In this document: positions 14,186-28,490 of the stretch, one piece after another
Layout: every line of letters starts with the position of its first letter
Position numbering within the stretch: position 1 is the first letter of the stretch
From: Eledone cirrhosa
Taxonomy: Eukaryota
DNA: 64,000 nt
Direction of reading: 5' to 3'
Assembly (NCBI GenBank): GCA_964016885.1
Contig: OZ024742.1
Location: forward strand, 193,192,001-193,256,000
Program-made: the position numbers and the translations under genes
Notes under the pieces: generated by a model
Databases searched by the model: none
What the model was told of the DNA's origin: nothing
Seen by the model: the letters and a program-made list of their open reading frames with translations, nothing else

Positions 14186-15655
14186 GATGAAATCGAAAAT
14201 GCAACTGGAGTCTTGTTTTAAAAAAAATATATTTATTTGGTTCCTTTGCCGGTTTCGCAGTTCTTCTGCTTTTCAAAAGTAGAGTTGAGATGGAGGGTCT
14301 GTGGTTTTTCTCACATCTGGTTGGTCTCTGAATGTTACTTGTTTTATATGGAAAAAATGGATCAAAATGCCAGGTTTTTAGAGAAGTAATTTGATTAGTT
14401 GGTCAATAATTAAAGTATATTTCGCACCAGTTCGCATTACAAAGTTCTTCACACAAGGGGGGGGGGGGGGGGCAAACAGGTTGGTTTTCATATAGGAGTG
14501 TTTGAATTTATTTTTACTTAGAAAATGGGGCTCACGTAGGCTTTTTTTTAATAAACGTAATTTGATTGGTTATAAATGAAATTATGGCAGTCACGTGAAC
14601 GAGTTTTCATTAAATTTTCGCACCCTCATTTGGAAATCTATTCTGTAGCCTTTTTAGACGATTTTATGAGAAGCAAAAGATAATGGTCAAGAGAAATGGG
14701 ATGGGAGATTTGTTCTGGTTCAGTGAATATGGTTAGTTCGCTGGGGTGTCAGAATTCAGATTTTCTATTGAAGTAAAGAAAGTAAAGATGTGTATGTTTA
14801 TTTGTGTACTTGTGTGTGTGTGTGTATGTGTGTGCGTATTGGAAGATGATTCTATTAGTAGAAATGGGGGACGGAGTTGTGTGTGTATATGGGTGTTATG
14901 TGTGTGTGTGGGGGGGGAGTATGTTAAGATGGAGAGAATATATATATTTTGTGTGTATATATGTGTGTAGGAAAGTGGTTCTATTAGTAGAAATGGGGGA
15001 GCGAGTTGTGTGTGTGTGTGGGGGGGGGGGTTATGTGTGTCTATGGGTGTTATGTGTGTGGGAGTATGGTTAGCATATTAAGATGAAGAGCATATATATA
15101 TATATTGTGTGTGTGTGTGAAGGAAAATGATTCCTTTAGTAGGAATATTTTTGAATGAACATATTTTCCTTACTTATTCGTATTTGTTCTGTTGTATAGT
15201 CAGCGCAAACGTATATTAAGGTTTATTTAGTTCGGGTTTTTATTTTCTAAAGTAGCAGGTGTTATGTGTGTGTGTGTATGTGTCTGTTTGGATGATCAGC
15301 ATGTTATCTTGTTGACATAATGTATAAACCATATTTAATGCTGGTCTATATTTTCCTTATTTTCCTTATTTATTCGAATTTGTTCTGTTGTATTGTTAGC
15401 GCAAAGGTAAAATGGGAAGACTTGTAAAATGGTATCTGTCTCGTGGTTGGATCTCGAAATTGTTGGCGATGAACTGTCATTCTGTTTCTGAGTGTGAGCT
15501 TAGTTTGTTCTATATAATCTTCATTGTATCCTTTACATTTAATGGCATAAAATAGATATTTTATGAGCAAGTGAAGTGAATTTTTAGAGCACAATTTTGA
15601 CTTGATTTAAATGTATACGTGTTGCCTTCAATGAGGTGAGTGCAGGTTCCACATA
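14186..15655 (-). mobile_element. PLE (Neptune-like) 3' relic: GIY-YIG fragment, microsatellite-rich 3' region and HHR-bearing pLTR
   Basis: ORF 15370-15594 YAIKCKGY..YIEQT..RNRMTVHRQQ resembles 30687-30977; HHR variant at 14243-14280. Confidence 0.65.
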
Positions 15656-16132
15656 TACACATACGTACTCAACTTTATATATATATATATGTATGTACGT
15701 ATGTAAAAGGGAAACATAAATAACAATACAATCGGTACAGTATATGGAAGGAATATATCAGGTTAACGCTTGAATAAGCACGAAGAAGGACGTTTCGGAC
15801 GCTAGTCTTTTATCAGAAGAAAGAATAAGAAATTAGAAATATTGAAAGAATGGGCGGGGTGGAACAGGAAAACGTTTATTTAGAGAAAAATAACAGATCC
15901 ATTCATGCTGCCATCTCTTGGAAAACTGTTGATGTTGGCATTTTGTGTATGATATATTTTTTTTTAGAAAAGTGGATGATGACCTGAAATGGACAAAAAA
16001 AAAACAACGTTTTGTATAACGAGCTATACTTGTGCGCGTGCTTATGCGTGTGTGTATGTGTTATTATACGTCCGCACGAAGCTAAGAGGATATGTGTGTG
16101 TATATGTAAGTAAAAGTGTGTGTGCTTGTACG

Positions 16133-16197
<65 letters not shown>

Positions 16198-16648
16198 TTG
16201 TGTGTATGTATGTAAACTTGATCATAGTATCAAAGGATTCTATTATTCGGAAACAATTGAAGGATACACAAAACAATCGATGTATTTCTTCAATATTTTC
16301 TTACAAACTGGTCAATGCTTTCATCTATCGCATCATGTATTTACGAAGGTATGTATGTTGTGATTTAAACGTCTATATGTATATGTTGGAAAATAAACCT
16401 TCGTTTGAAAGTGAATCAAATTACGCTCTACTCATTCTTCTGTAAATTTTCCTATAGTTGGAAATTATCTAATGTAACAACCATATTGACGTAAAATAAG
16501 CATTCAACACTGATTTGATGTTTGTTAATTATATTACTCCATGCCTGGCATCGTCTCTTTGTCTCCGACGTCTACGTTTATTTCAGCCTAAACTTTCTCC
16601 CATTTGTTATAAGTATACATGCATACGTATATAATATAATATAATATA

Positions 16649-16764
<116 letters not shown>

Positions 16765-17508
16765 ATGTATGTATATATATGGACACACTCATACGTCCGT
16801 GTGCGTGTAGATTAGCGAGGCCATAAGTTTTCTTCAAAGGTTACATTTCTTTGTATTAACACACAATTACAATCTCTCACTCATTCCAACTATTTCTTAC
16901 ACACATATTCACACACTCTCTCCCTTTCATCATGCTCTCTTTCTCTTTCTTTCTCTTTTTCTCACTTTTCCCTTAGTTTATCCCCCCCCCTCTCTCTTTC
17001 TCGTGATTTTCTATTTTTATAAGAATATGCAGCAGCCATTCTCATCTCAGTCCAACGTAGTCATATAAGGTTTTACATTGGTATATCAACCTCATTATAT
17101 CGATCGTTTGAAAGCATTGCTTATCACTGTTAGCAATAACGTTAAATAGTATGGATTGACGAAGACCTGGCAACAAACGACTTCTAACTTCTAACTAAAA
17201 ACAGCTAGGCAAACTTCAATTGAACGAGATAGCATAAAGTACTTTAGTTTCCATATCTCCCATATTTTCTATATTTACTTCTCAATTAAGCACTACACAA
17301 CTCATGGTTTGACTTCTGAAGGAAATCTTTTTCAGAAGAAAGACTAACAACATTTTAAAAACGATAGATATTTCTAATACATGGTGATAAGTGTGGTAGA
17401 AAGATGTATTACTTGTTAACTAAAGTAAACTGATCTACTGCACCGACTGTGACTTATGTGATGTATGAAGATATGTTTACATAATTGAAAGTAGAAAGAT
17501 ATATATAA

Positions 17509-17539
<31 letters not shown>

Positions 17540-17797
17540 AATATATATATTTAAAGGTTGAACAAGGTTCAATGAATAAATCAAAGAATGAGTTTTACAA
17601 TAGATTGGAAGCACTCAACGGCTATGGTTTTCCGGAGTTATTAATATTAATTCAAAATATTAACAAAAATAGAACTTCTTGTGATCAGAGGTACAGAGCT
17701 AACTTCAACAGTACGTCCTCATCAGATAAAATAAGATGATGCATGACATACCCTGACATAGTAGATGGTTAAGATCCAGTCATGGTAGAAAGTAACT

Positions 17798-18656
17798 CCT
17801 ATAGTTTTTAAAAACCTTATCCCTAATATTAGCCGTAGGATCTCCACCCTCTCTTCCTCAGAAGCTATTTTCAATAAGGCATCCCCCTACTATAATAAAG
17901 CCCTCCAAAATAGCAGTTTTAGCGAACCGATTAAATACATACCCAACTATACTAACTCTATTAAACATAAAAACAGGAAAAGAAAAATAATCTGGTTCAC
18001 ACCCCCCTACTCTCTAGCAGTTAAAACTAATGTAGGCAAAACATTCCTAGAGCTCTTAGATAAACATTTCCCGAGAACACAGAGATATTATGAGATCTTT
18101 AATAGAAACTGTGTCAAAATTAGCTACTCCTGCGGTCCCCCTATTAAATCTTATATGATCAACAAAAAATCACCTAGAGAACATCAACATTGCTCCTGTA
18201 GAATCAAAAGTGAATGCCCATTACAAGGTAAATGCAACACCAAAGCCATTGTATATGACAACCATCAGCAACAACCTACCAGCCACCAGTGAACGATATG
18301 TGGGTATGACGCAAGACAAATTCAAAACGCGTTATTACTCACATGTCGCATCCTTTCGACATCCAGAAAAAAGATTTACAACAGCTCTGGCTAGCAGAAT
18401 ATGGGATTTGAAAGACCAAGGTATCCAAAATAAATTGGATTGGTCAATTTTGAACCAATCTAAAGAATATGCAAGAGGAACAAGAAAATGCACGCTCTGG
18501 ATAAATGAAAAATATTGGATTTTGCAAAACCTTAAATCACCAAAGACCTGCCTAAACACAAAGACAGAAATTTTCACCAGTTGCCCACACATGAAATCAC
18601 ACCTGCTTTCCAGCTCATATAAACTTAACACACTTTCAGATACTTATCCTCCATAA
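17798..18656 (+). pseudogene. PLE RT-thumb/linker/GIY-YIG relic (CxC..CPL..C linker, Hydra-clade-like)
   Basis: Translates RRISTLSS..KIIWFTPPYS..VKISYSC..CSCRIKSECPLQGKC..YVGMTQDKFKTRY..IWDLK..EK; frameshifted. Confidence 0.85.
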
Positions 18657-18736
18657 GCTCTTATTCTTCACTTAAATTATTCTCTATAAGACTACCTTTT
18701 CTGATTTACTTTCATTTTTAACCTCATTATTAATTT

Positions 18737-18882
18737 TATTTTTATTTTTATTTTTATTTTTATTTTTATTTTTATTTTTATTTTTATTTTTATTTTTATT
18801 TTTATTTTTATTTTTATTTTTATTTTTATTTTTATTTTTATTTTTATTTTTATTTTTATTTTTATTTTTATTTTTATTTTTA
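18737..18882 (+). repeat. (TTTTTA)n microsatellite in the PLE 3' region
   Basis: Direct reading. Confidence 0.95.
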
Positions 18883-20381
18883 CTTCACATCCACCATTAC
18901 CCCCCCCCCCTTTATTCTCCGATTCACTTACCTAATATCTTCACTTTCCACCTTTTACTTCCCTATTTTCTTCACTACCTGATTATACCAGTCACTTGCG
19001 TTTTCCACTCCAGATATTTTCTGTTATTTCGCAACCAATTTTATATTTTTATATTTGTACTCACTTATTCACAAGGCTGTTTTTACACCCTGTATCTATG
19101 TGTTTGAGCGTCTTTATGTGTGTATACTTTCTGTATATGTACACGAACGCCTCCGTATGTGCGCGCGCGTGCGTGTATATATATATGTGTATGTATGTGT
19201 GTTTTTATATCTGTGTTTTTACATCTATGTTTTTTTACATTCTTATTTTTATGTGCGTGCATGTTAGCGGGTCAACGTGCGTGAGTGTATGTATGTGTGT
19301 GTGTGTGTACGTACTGCATGTATGGATGTGTATGTGTGCGTATGTATATATATACTTATGTGTGTGTATGTGTGTGTGTGTATACAGTCGTTTATGTACG
19401 CGTGATTAGATATACATGGGGCAATGTGTATGTATATATATATCTGCATCCTGTGTGTGTATGTACGCTTGCATACGCTTTTGTCTTCACGTATTGCGTG
19501 TATATATATTTTTTTTATAGATATATGTTTCTTATAGATATATGTGTGTATGTACGCGTGTACCTTGTTTGTTTTCTTTTCTTTACTTTGCAATTTTTTC
19601 TTTCTAAATTATTGTTCCATTTTTATAAATATATCGAGAATGATACTTTCTTTTTACTATTACACTCCCTTACCTCTTTTTCTTCCGCATATAAGTGTAC
19701 GCGCGTGTGTGTGTGTTTATACGCGTGCCTTCATATTCTTATAATTTAACTAATACCCTGTTTTTCTGTATGCCTGTCAACCAGACACTCATATCATGTC
19801 TGTGTCTATGGTTACATATACACAGATATACTTGCCCTCATACATATATTTACGCACAGATGTTCACTATACACACACATTTGTACATACATACATATGT
19901 ATATCTGTGAGTGTATATACATACATATACACACACCTAACTATATTTCTTAAACAAATGTTTTTATATATTTTATATGTCTATTGTATTACCTTTATCT
20001 ATATATATATATAATTTTTTTTGCGTTTCTTGAAGAGACTTCCCAAATATTTCTCTATGTTTTATATTGCCTCGTCCAACGAACGAATGAAGACGTTTCT
20101 TTCATATTCGTCTTATTCGGGAAACCTCTGGTAATGAGGTAATTATATTGTATTGTTTTTTTATACATTAAATTTTGCTCTGGTACTTACATAGAGCACT
20201 CTTCACTGCTATGACTTTTTCTATTTTCAACGGAAAATTCAATATATATATATATATATATATATAAAGAATTAGTATATTTACCAACATATGTATACAG
20301 ATGCATACGTATGCTAGCAAATATATATGTTTTGTCTTAGTTTCTGTGTGGTTCTATGCAAGGGGATGCAGAACAATTGTA

Positions 20382-20772
20382 TGAAAGACGTAAATAAGAA
20401 AGTTATGAAAATTGACTTACTTACTAAAATTTCACTCCAACTAATTAGTTTCTGTAAGGGGATAAATATGGTTACGGAGCGTTTCCATAGAGAAGCCTTA
20501 CGTCATCAGGAAGTCTATTCTCAGCTAATCTCCAGGCAATGCGGGGACACTGGGAACTTGTTTCCATTATGTTTCCACTGAATTATTTTTATATAAGTTC
20601 CCAGTGTCCCCGCATTGTCTGGAAGCTTAGCTGAGAATAGACCCCCTGATGACGTAAGGAAACTCCTATGGAAACGCTCCGTAACCATATTTATCCCCTT
20701 ACAGAAACTAATTAGTTGGAGTGAAATTTTAGTAAGTATGTCAATTTTCATAACTTTCTTATTTACGTCTTT

Positions 20773-20774
<2 letters not shown>
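20382..20774. mobile_element. Fold-back mini-element with HHR-like core
   Basis: Arms 20382-20560 and 20596-20774; CTGATGA cgtaagg..cctatg GAAA cg-ctc-cg TA at 20646-20683, but stem I does not pair. Confidence 0.75.
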
Positions 20775-20849
<75 letters not shown>

Positions 20850-22084
20850 AACAGAAATAACAACACAATCGGTATAATATATGGAAGGTATATATTAGGC
20901 TAACGCTTGATATAGCAGGAAGAGTGTTTTAACGTTTCGGACGCTTGTCCTTCCTCAGCTCAAGTTACGATTGTTATCGATCGGCCTGATTCGAGAATGT
21001 TTAGTACAAACAGGTTTGTTTATTAAAGAATCAATTGAATACGGTCCAGTTGCCACCAGCTTGCCTTCGCGCAGTTAGAGTCCAAACCTGAAGCAGTTCT
21101 ACGACTAGCTCTTGAGCTGGATTCCCAGATTTTCCAAGATAAGATTCCTATTGGAATTTCAATTATTGCCTGATATTTACATCAGAGTTGAATATATGTG
21201 ACATAATGTAGAAGACCTTTTGAGTATGCTCCAATACGATCCGTAACATAATAAATTTCGTAGTGACTTACTCTACCAGTTAACTGCGAACTACGAAAAA
21301 ATAGTTTAAAAAATAGCACAAATTCAACTTCAGTTATTTGCTTTCTCTTCTAGCCAGCAATACTTCACTAAAATATTCTTGGAGGTTTGACTATTTTCCT
21401 AGTTTGGCGTCGTTTATTACTACATAGTTTCCTAATTTTGTGTTTTATATCCCCGTCATTGCTTTCTTTCCTTCATTTTGACATGACCTCGGGTGGATGG
21501 GGAGGTTGAGTGAGTTGGGGGTATAGAGTGACTGGGCTACAGGGAGTGACGTCAGGTTTAACCACTAATATAAGTTGGTGTACGTGACTGAAAGTTCACG
21601 AGGAATGGCTGCGATAAATATGTCACCAACAGCGCGTGCCATGGGTGGGTGTTGGATGTGTTGGTGGGGTAACATCCCTAAAATGCTATAAATAGGTATT
21701 GACGTATTCGCTAACATATAGCTGAGCTGATATTTCTCAATATCAGAAAAGAGAGATTGAATTTTATTAATTCCCCTATCTCTCCATGCCGGTTTCTCCA
21801 GAGAATCAGCGGGGGATAAAAATAATTTTCCTAAGATCACCTGAAGAGGCCTCAGTGATTGCTTTGGAACCAAATTTCAGAATAAACAGAATAAATTATT
21901 GTAAAAACCCACCTTTCTACTCTTATTCTTTACTATATATATATATATATATATATATAATGATAAATGGGAAGACTAACATCCGAAGATGGCTCGATAA
22001 TGATAATATATATATGAAATATATAAAAACCATAGCGTATGTATGTATAACCACAACGTATATATGTATATACATATATATATG

Positions 22085-22118
<34 letters not shown>

Positions 22119-22268
22119 TATATGTATATACATATATATATATATAGTTACGTAATAAACAATATAAGATAATTATTTCATTTACCAGTGGTTTCTTGAA
22201 AGCAGATATTGTATCTGTTTTCAGTTAAAGAAATAATTATCTTATGTTATTTATTACATAACTGTAAT

Positions 22269-22460
22269 GCGGTGGATTGGCAGTATCGGTAGAGAGTCGG
22301 ACACCATGCTTTGCCGCATAGAGTTACGGCCCTTGCCATTCTGAGTTCAAATCCCGCTGAGGTTGACTTTGCATTTCATCCTTACGGGGTCGATAAAAAT
22401 AAAGTACCAGTAATATACTGCGTAATTGCTGGCCTTGTGCCTAAAGTAGAAACAGTTATT
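22269..22460 (+). mobile_element. tRNA-derived SINE
   Basis: Family match. Confidence 0.9.
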
Positions 22461-22539
22461 TATTACATAACTAATAAGTTCTGTAGCCTACATAGAGCAC
22501 TCTTTTTTCCTGTGCCTTCCCGACGGAATTACTTCATTT

Positions 22540-22596
<57 letters not shown>

Positions 22597-22752
22597 ATTT
22601 GTGTGTCTGTCTGTATATGTATAATATTAATCAGGTTATGTGTTAATTTACCACCAACATCTCAGTATGAAGCGTAGTGCACTCATCGAAGTTCGCAAGA
22701 GGTTATGTTAAATTTATAAACAAGAGGTATAGGTAAACATTTGATAATATAT

Positions 22753-23096
22753 TTCTTTTATTACCGTGAGCTATATTTCGGTGATAGCCACAATTCAACA
22801 GCTTTGACTTATTCAGACAGTTAGAAGCAATATATAGAAAACAAAGTTTTTCTTGGAGAATAAATAATATCAGTGCCTAGTAAAGTTTTTACTAATTTTC
22901 TTTACTTTCTGATATTGTCAATTGTTCTACTGACAATATCAGAAATAAAAATAACCGTTAAAAATGTTACTTTGCTCTGATATTAATTTTTCTCCAAGAA
23001 AGACTTTTTTTCTATGTGTTACTTCTAACTGTCTGAAGAGGTCATAGCTGTTGAATTGTGGTTATCACCGAAATATATATAACGGTAATAAAAGAA
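22753..23096. mobile_element. Fold-back mini-element with hammerhead (older, diverged arms)
   Basis: Inverted arms centred near 22925; HHR 23028-23086: actgt CTGAAGA ggtcatagc..gttatcacc GAAA tatata TA acggt. Confidence 0.8.
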
Positions 23097-23816
23097 GTAA
23101 ATTATGCCTCTTTTATATATATACACACATACATATGAATCGAATATTATTATTATTATTCGATATATCCCATATTTGCTCTACAGTTCTTATATACTTG
23201 ATATATATTTATCCTTACCAAGCCCTCTTTGGAGTTTAGTCTTCAAAATTATTATTATTACTATATATATATATATATAATTAGTTACAACAATGACATA
23301 TACAGCTACTAAAATTTCGTTGGGTTATGCACCTCAACTCGTTCCTAGTTATATAAAAAAAGAATATGTCTACTCCCACGGTTGATTGTTATTTTGTTTT
23401 AAAAAAGATACGAGAGTTCTTCAAAGGCAGATAATTTCGCAATTAGCTATAAGGAAACAAAATTATTCGTTAGTTTAAAGGGAGATAACTATTATATCCT
23501 TATATATATTTAAATCAAATTCTAAATTTGATATTAATTTTCGGCAAGGCCAGTATGCAAATAAGGTTAATCAGCCGATGTATACTTTAGAAAATTATAT
23601 ATACTTTTAACAGTTCAATCGAGTAACAGAGGGTTACACGATTGTCCCGAGGAAGGGAAATGACAGATGATGATAGTCATCAAAATCAAAACATAGCATA
23701 ATGAGGCGGTTTGCTTGCATATGAATCCAATATTATTATTATTATTATTATTCGATATATCCCATATTTACATTTATGTAATCCGCTACATTAGAGCGAA
23801 AAAAAAATTCTAATTT

Positions 23817-23854
<38 letters not shown>

Positions 23855-24621
23855 AGTATATACAAGAGCTTTGTTTACTTTAATTGTTACGTAGTAACTT
23901 CCAGATGATAAACAGGTCCTAACGTTCCAAAGCACTACACGTCAGTAGTTTATTCCGAACCACTTCACTACTGTATGGACTTTCATGGCCACCGGCATAT
24001 TGCAATGATTGCTTAACTGCACCAATGATTGCTTAGGCATCTGGCGAAGTCACATGGATAATCTTCTAACAGAAATACATATAATGCAATAAACAATTGT
24101 GGTTATTTAATCCCGTCTTTACTACCATTATTTGCATATATATATATATATATATATAAGTATGTATACGTACATACATATATGTATACATACGTACAGT
24201 AGTATGTATATATACATACATGTACACATATATATATGTACGTATGGATTCACAGAACATTTATTATAATGTTCGGTGTTTTTGTAAACAAACATCCCGT
24301 ATTAAGCCGTAGTGTCTAGCAACCATCGTTGTTCGTTTGTTCAACACTGAAATTTCGTTTCATTTCTTCCGTTTATATATATATATAGAAAGGATGAATA
24401 TAAAATGAAAGTGCTTTTTTTAAAAAAGGAATTTATTAGGTATTGACATATGTTTCTGTAACAGACTGAATACCTATGTATCGCTGCTTGCGTAATCATA
24501 TAATGTTAGCAGGTATTCGATAGCAAATGTATAATCAATTGTCACTTCTTCAGAGATTAACGATATATTATCACTACATTATTGATAACCTGAAATTTTA
24601 TATATATATATATATATATCT

Positions 24622-24780
24622 GTCGCCCGTCATTTCTGTTCTCCTGGTCATTATTCACTACATGTTTCAATCCTGGGTGTCCTTTTAAATCATGGATCAC
24701 GGGCGTCGCGCAGCAGGACTGAAGAAAATCTGGTTCACTGACATCGGTCCTATTCCCCTCTTGGACTCAACTCACCTCCC
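24622..24780 (+). pseudogene. PLE GIY-YIG extreme C-terminal relic
   Basis: VARHFCSPGH..LGVL..RSRTEENLVH*..SPLGLN; one stop; starts right after (TA)n. Confidence 0.6.
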
Positions 24781-24911
24781 CAATTTCTCTAATACCCTGT
24801 CCATTATCACAACCCTAGATTCCCATCCTTTTCTCATGATCATTAGCAGCTTCTCTTACAACTAATACATGCCGACTATATATGCTCACTCCACTTTTTC
24901 CTTCACTGATC

Positions 24912-24950
<39 letters not shown>

Positions 24951-24959
24951 TATATACGA

Positions 24960-25270
24960 TATTAATAAATGGAAACTATATTTATAAAACCATATTTATT
25001 TCATTATACATATTTCAGGGATACCATATTAAATTATGGTATGCCTTCATCAGACAAAATACAATATATAACAGTTTTACAAATAGGTTTGGCGTAACAG
25101 CCTCCAAAAGTAATGGTTGTATTTTAAAAGAGTACGTCAAAGCTATTTGTAAAACTGTTATATATTGTATTTTGTCTGATGAAGGCATACCATCATTTAA
25201 TGTGGTATCCCTGAAATATGTATAATGAAATAAATATGGTTTTATAAATATAGTATCCATTTATTAATAT
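24960..25270. mobile_element. Fold-back mini-element with hammerhead (same family as pLTRs at 60817 and 63301)
   Basis: HHR 25171-25229 (CTGATGA aggcatacca..tggtatccct GAAA tatgta TA); antisense twin 25000-25058. Confidence 0.8.
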
Positions 25271-25404
25271 TGTATATCTACTCCAAAAATTTGTCGAGTG
25301 CTTTATAACAGTTATAAACATATTTACTTGTTGTATCCAAACAACTTTAAATAGAATTTTTGCATATATATATATATATATATATATATACCTATACATA
25401 GAAT

Positions 25405-25450
<46 letters not shown>

Positions 25451-25454
25451 AAAT

Positions 25455-25494
<40 letters not shown>

Positions 25495-25954
25495 TATATA
25501 CAAATATAAACAGTGTGACGCAGAATGGACGTACACATCCGATAGGTTTGTGTATAATGATTTCCAATTCGGGCACATAGCCAAAGGTTTGTGTAAGGGG
25601 TAATGTCAGTTAAACAACACCATACACATCCGATAATTTAATTTATTGACATCCGATAGGATTTGACCGCAGAAAGTCAAGAGACGGAGCAAATACTACT
25701 AAACAGTTGTCGGACACACAGGACTCTCCCAGTCCCCCTCCCTAAGAATATGTAAATAAACATATACATGAGTTGCTATATGAATTTTAAACTGTGATCG
25801 TAATAGCATTTGAAGCACTCACAGTTGAAAATAACCCAAGCCATACTTATGCATGTTTATTATACATAAAAGAACTTAATTTATATTCATATATGCATGT
25901 ATATATGGAAGTGCACACTCACACACAGAAAAACGCACGCATGCACACACACTA

Positions 25955-26052
<98 letters not shown>

Positions 26053-26172
26053 CAATATATATATATATATATATATTGGTGCATACTTATATACACATAC
26101 ACTGGCAAACACCCATATGAATATGTGCGTATATTAGCAGATATATGTATATATATATATATAATAAATATA

Positions 26173-26285
<113 letters not shown>

Positions 26286-26652
26286 ATATATTTATATTCG
26301 TATTTATATTTATATTATATGTATATATAATATATCCCCACATATATGTATATATATTGGTGCACAGTTATATACACATACACTGACAAATACCCATATC
26401 TATATGTGTGTATATTGACAGATTGTTATTGAAAACGCTATACAAACGTGCATTGTTTGGCCAGAACCATTATAATTCTAATATATCAAAGAGCACATCC
26501 TCCACAATATCGTACCACCTATTCGCATATGTCATGGAGATGAAACTATCTTGATATCATGTTTCTGTCTTCAATCCATCATTATATTCTTGATTACGTA
26601 TGAGTGAATATATATACGAAAAAGAGTAAATACCAATGTATATAATGTATAT

Positions 26653-26705
<53 letters not shown>

Positions 26706-26726
26706 TTTATGATATATGATATAAAG

Positions 26727-26757
<31 letters not shown>

Positions 26758-26834
26758 TCGCACCGTTTCCTTTCGCTATATGTCTCTCCACCACTCCCCT
26801 ACACACCATTTGAACTCTGTTCCCACACACTTCT

Positions 26835-26868
26835 GACCTGAGGAAGGGCTTATGCCCGAAACGTCGTC
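26835..26868 (+). ncRNA. Minimal hammerhead ribozyme motif
   Basis: gac CTGAGGA a gggc-ttat-gccc GAAA cg TC gtc; palindrome ACGT; GUC; in a short unit between (TA)n tracts. Confidence 0.7.
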
Positions 26869-26955
26869 CCCCACCTACACCACACTCTCCTGAGCGTGAA
26901 ATTAATAAACATTTATTGTACTGCCTCTCTGTTTTGTCCCTGTTCAAATTTTTCC

Positions 26956-26988
<33 letters not shown>

Positions 26989-27072
26989 GTGTGTGTGTAT
27001 GTATATTTCCATATATGTATATGTATATTTATATCTACATGTGTATATAGGCATATATATAGTAGGTATATT

Positions 27073-27117
<45 letters not shown>

Positions 27118-27144
27118 AACATATGTATACCAACATATGTATAC

Positions 27145-27196
<52 letters not shown>

Positions 27197-27369
27197 GTTG
27201 TTGTTTGTTGTTGTAGTTATATACTGTGGCTACAAAACACTCTCGATATATATGGTGTCCCCCTTATATAACTTCATGTGTTAACGCTCATCGAGAAATT
27301 TATTGCCAATTTGCACCATTCTGTATATGCCCTATTGCGGCTTAAGTTACGTTATATACTTAATGCAAT

Positions 27370-27475
<106 letters not shown>

Positions 27476-27476
27476 C

Positions 27477-27537
<61 letters not shown>

Positions 27538-27539
<2 letters not shown>

Positions 27540-27725
27540 CAGGTACTCTTGAGTACTACTGGTAACATGTAAGCCAGTACAGCCTGTCGTATGGTCGGGT
27601 CGTCGCCGACCATACTGGCAACCCCACCAAGTAGGATGTTTTTGGACACATCCTGCAGGACAAAAAACAGAACCTGACAAAGGTCTTAAAAACTCATAAG
27701 AGTCAACGGCCATCCAAAAAGGTGT
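27538..27725 (+). mobile_element. 5'-leader fragment related to the bipartite RTE family
   Basis: Homologous to the reverse complement of about 44360-44553. Confidence 0.65.
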
Positions 27726-27780
27726 AATTATGTATATACACATGTACATATGTATGTGTATGTGTATGCGTGTGTATATG

Positions 27781-28490
27781 CCCGGGATGTCACGGAAGGG
27801 CATGTATTTCTGTAGTGAGTGCTAGCGATGCCCTTTTCAGGACAACTCGTCCTGCATTGGGTCCCACCTGACACTCAGCTCTCACCTGTGGCCCCATGAA
27901 GCGGTAGCATGCGACAGCGGCCACATACCGGTAAACCGCCTTGGCTGGTGGGCCGAACCAGGTTGAGGGTAGCCGGACGGCTCTAAAACCATCCGGTGAG
28001 TTAGATAGGGATGCCTGCCCCTGCATGCGAAGACTGGACCCGGCGGTGTGAGTGGAGGAGGACAACATCGTCCCAACGGCCACATATGGGGTGAGAGCAA
28101 GCGGTGTGGAGCGCTAGTGCACGGCAAGGCACTACAGACGTCGTGGCCATCCACCGCAGCCAAGGAAGTCCCTGGTCGTGACGGTCCTCAGTACCACCGG
28201 ATTCTGGCTTCTGCGGCCGAGTGAGTGGGACCGTCACTGTACACTGGCCCTCCCACTATAAACCTTTCCCTCACAGGTTTCTTCTTTAGCGTGCACTACC
28301 AAAGCCCTGCAGCAAGATGGTGGAGGTAACCTCTGGGAGTTGCCGGTCTGACTCCGGTCTCTTCCCCTGCCTCCACTGTCCCCGGACCTGCATGTCAAGG
28401 ATCGGCCTCCAACGCCACCTTCGTGCTTACGGCAGACGGGAACAACAATAAAGAAGATGTAATCATCGTTTACTATGTACAACCAAGAAG
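27781..28490 (+). mobile_element. Second family of non-autonomous bipartite RTE element
   Basis: GC-rich leader joined to FPCLHCPRTCMSRIGLQRHLRAY..* (RTE/BovB-type terminal zinc finger); ends at (TA)n; no RT. Confidence 0.75.
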
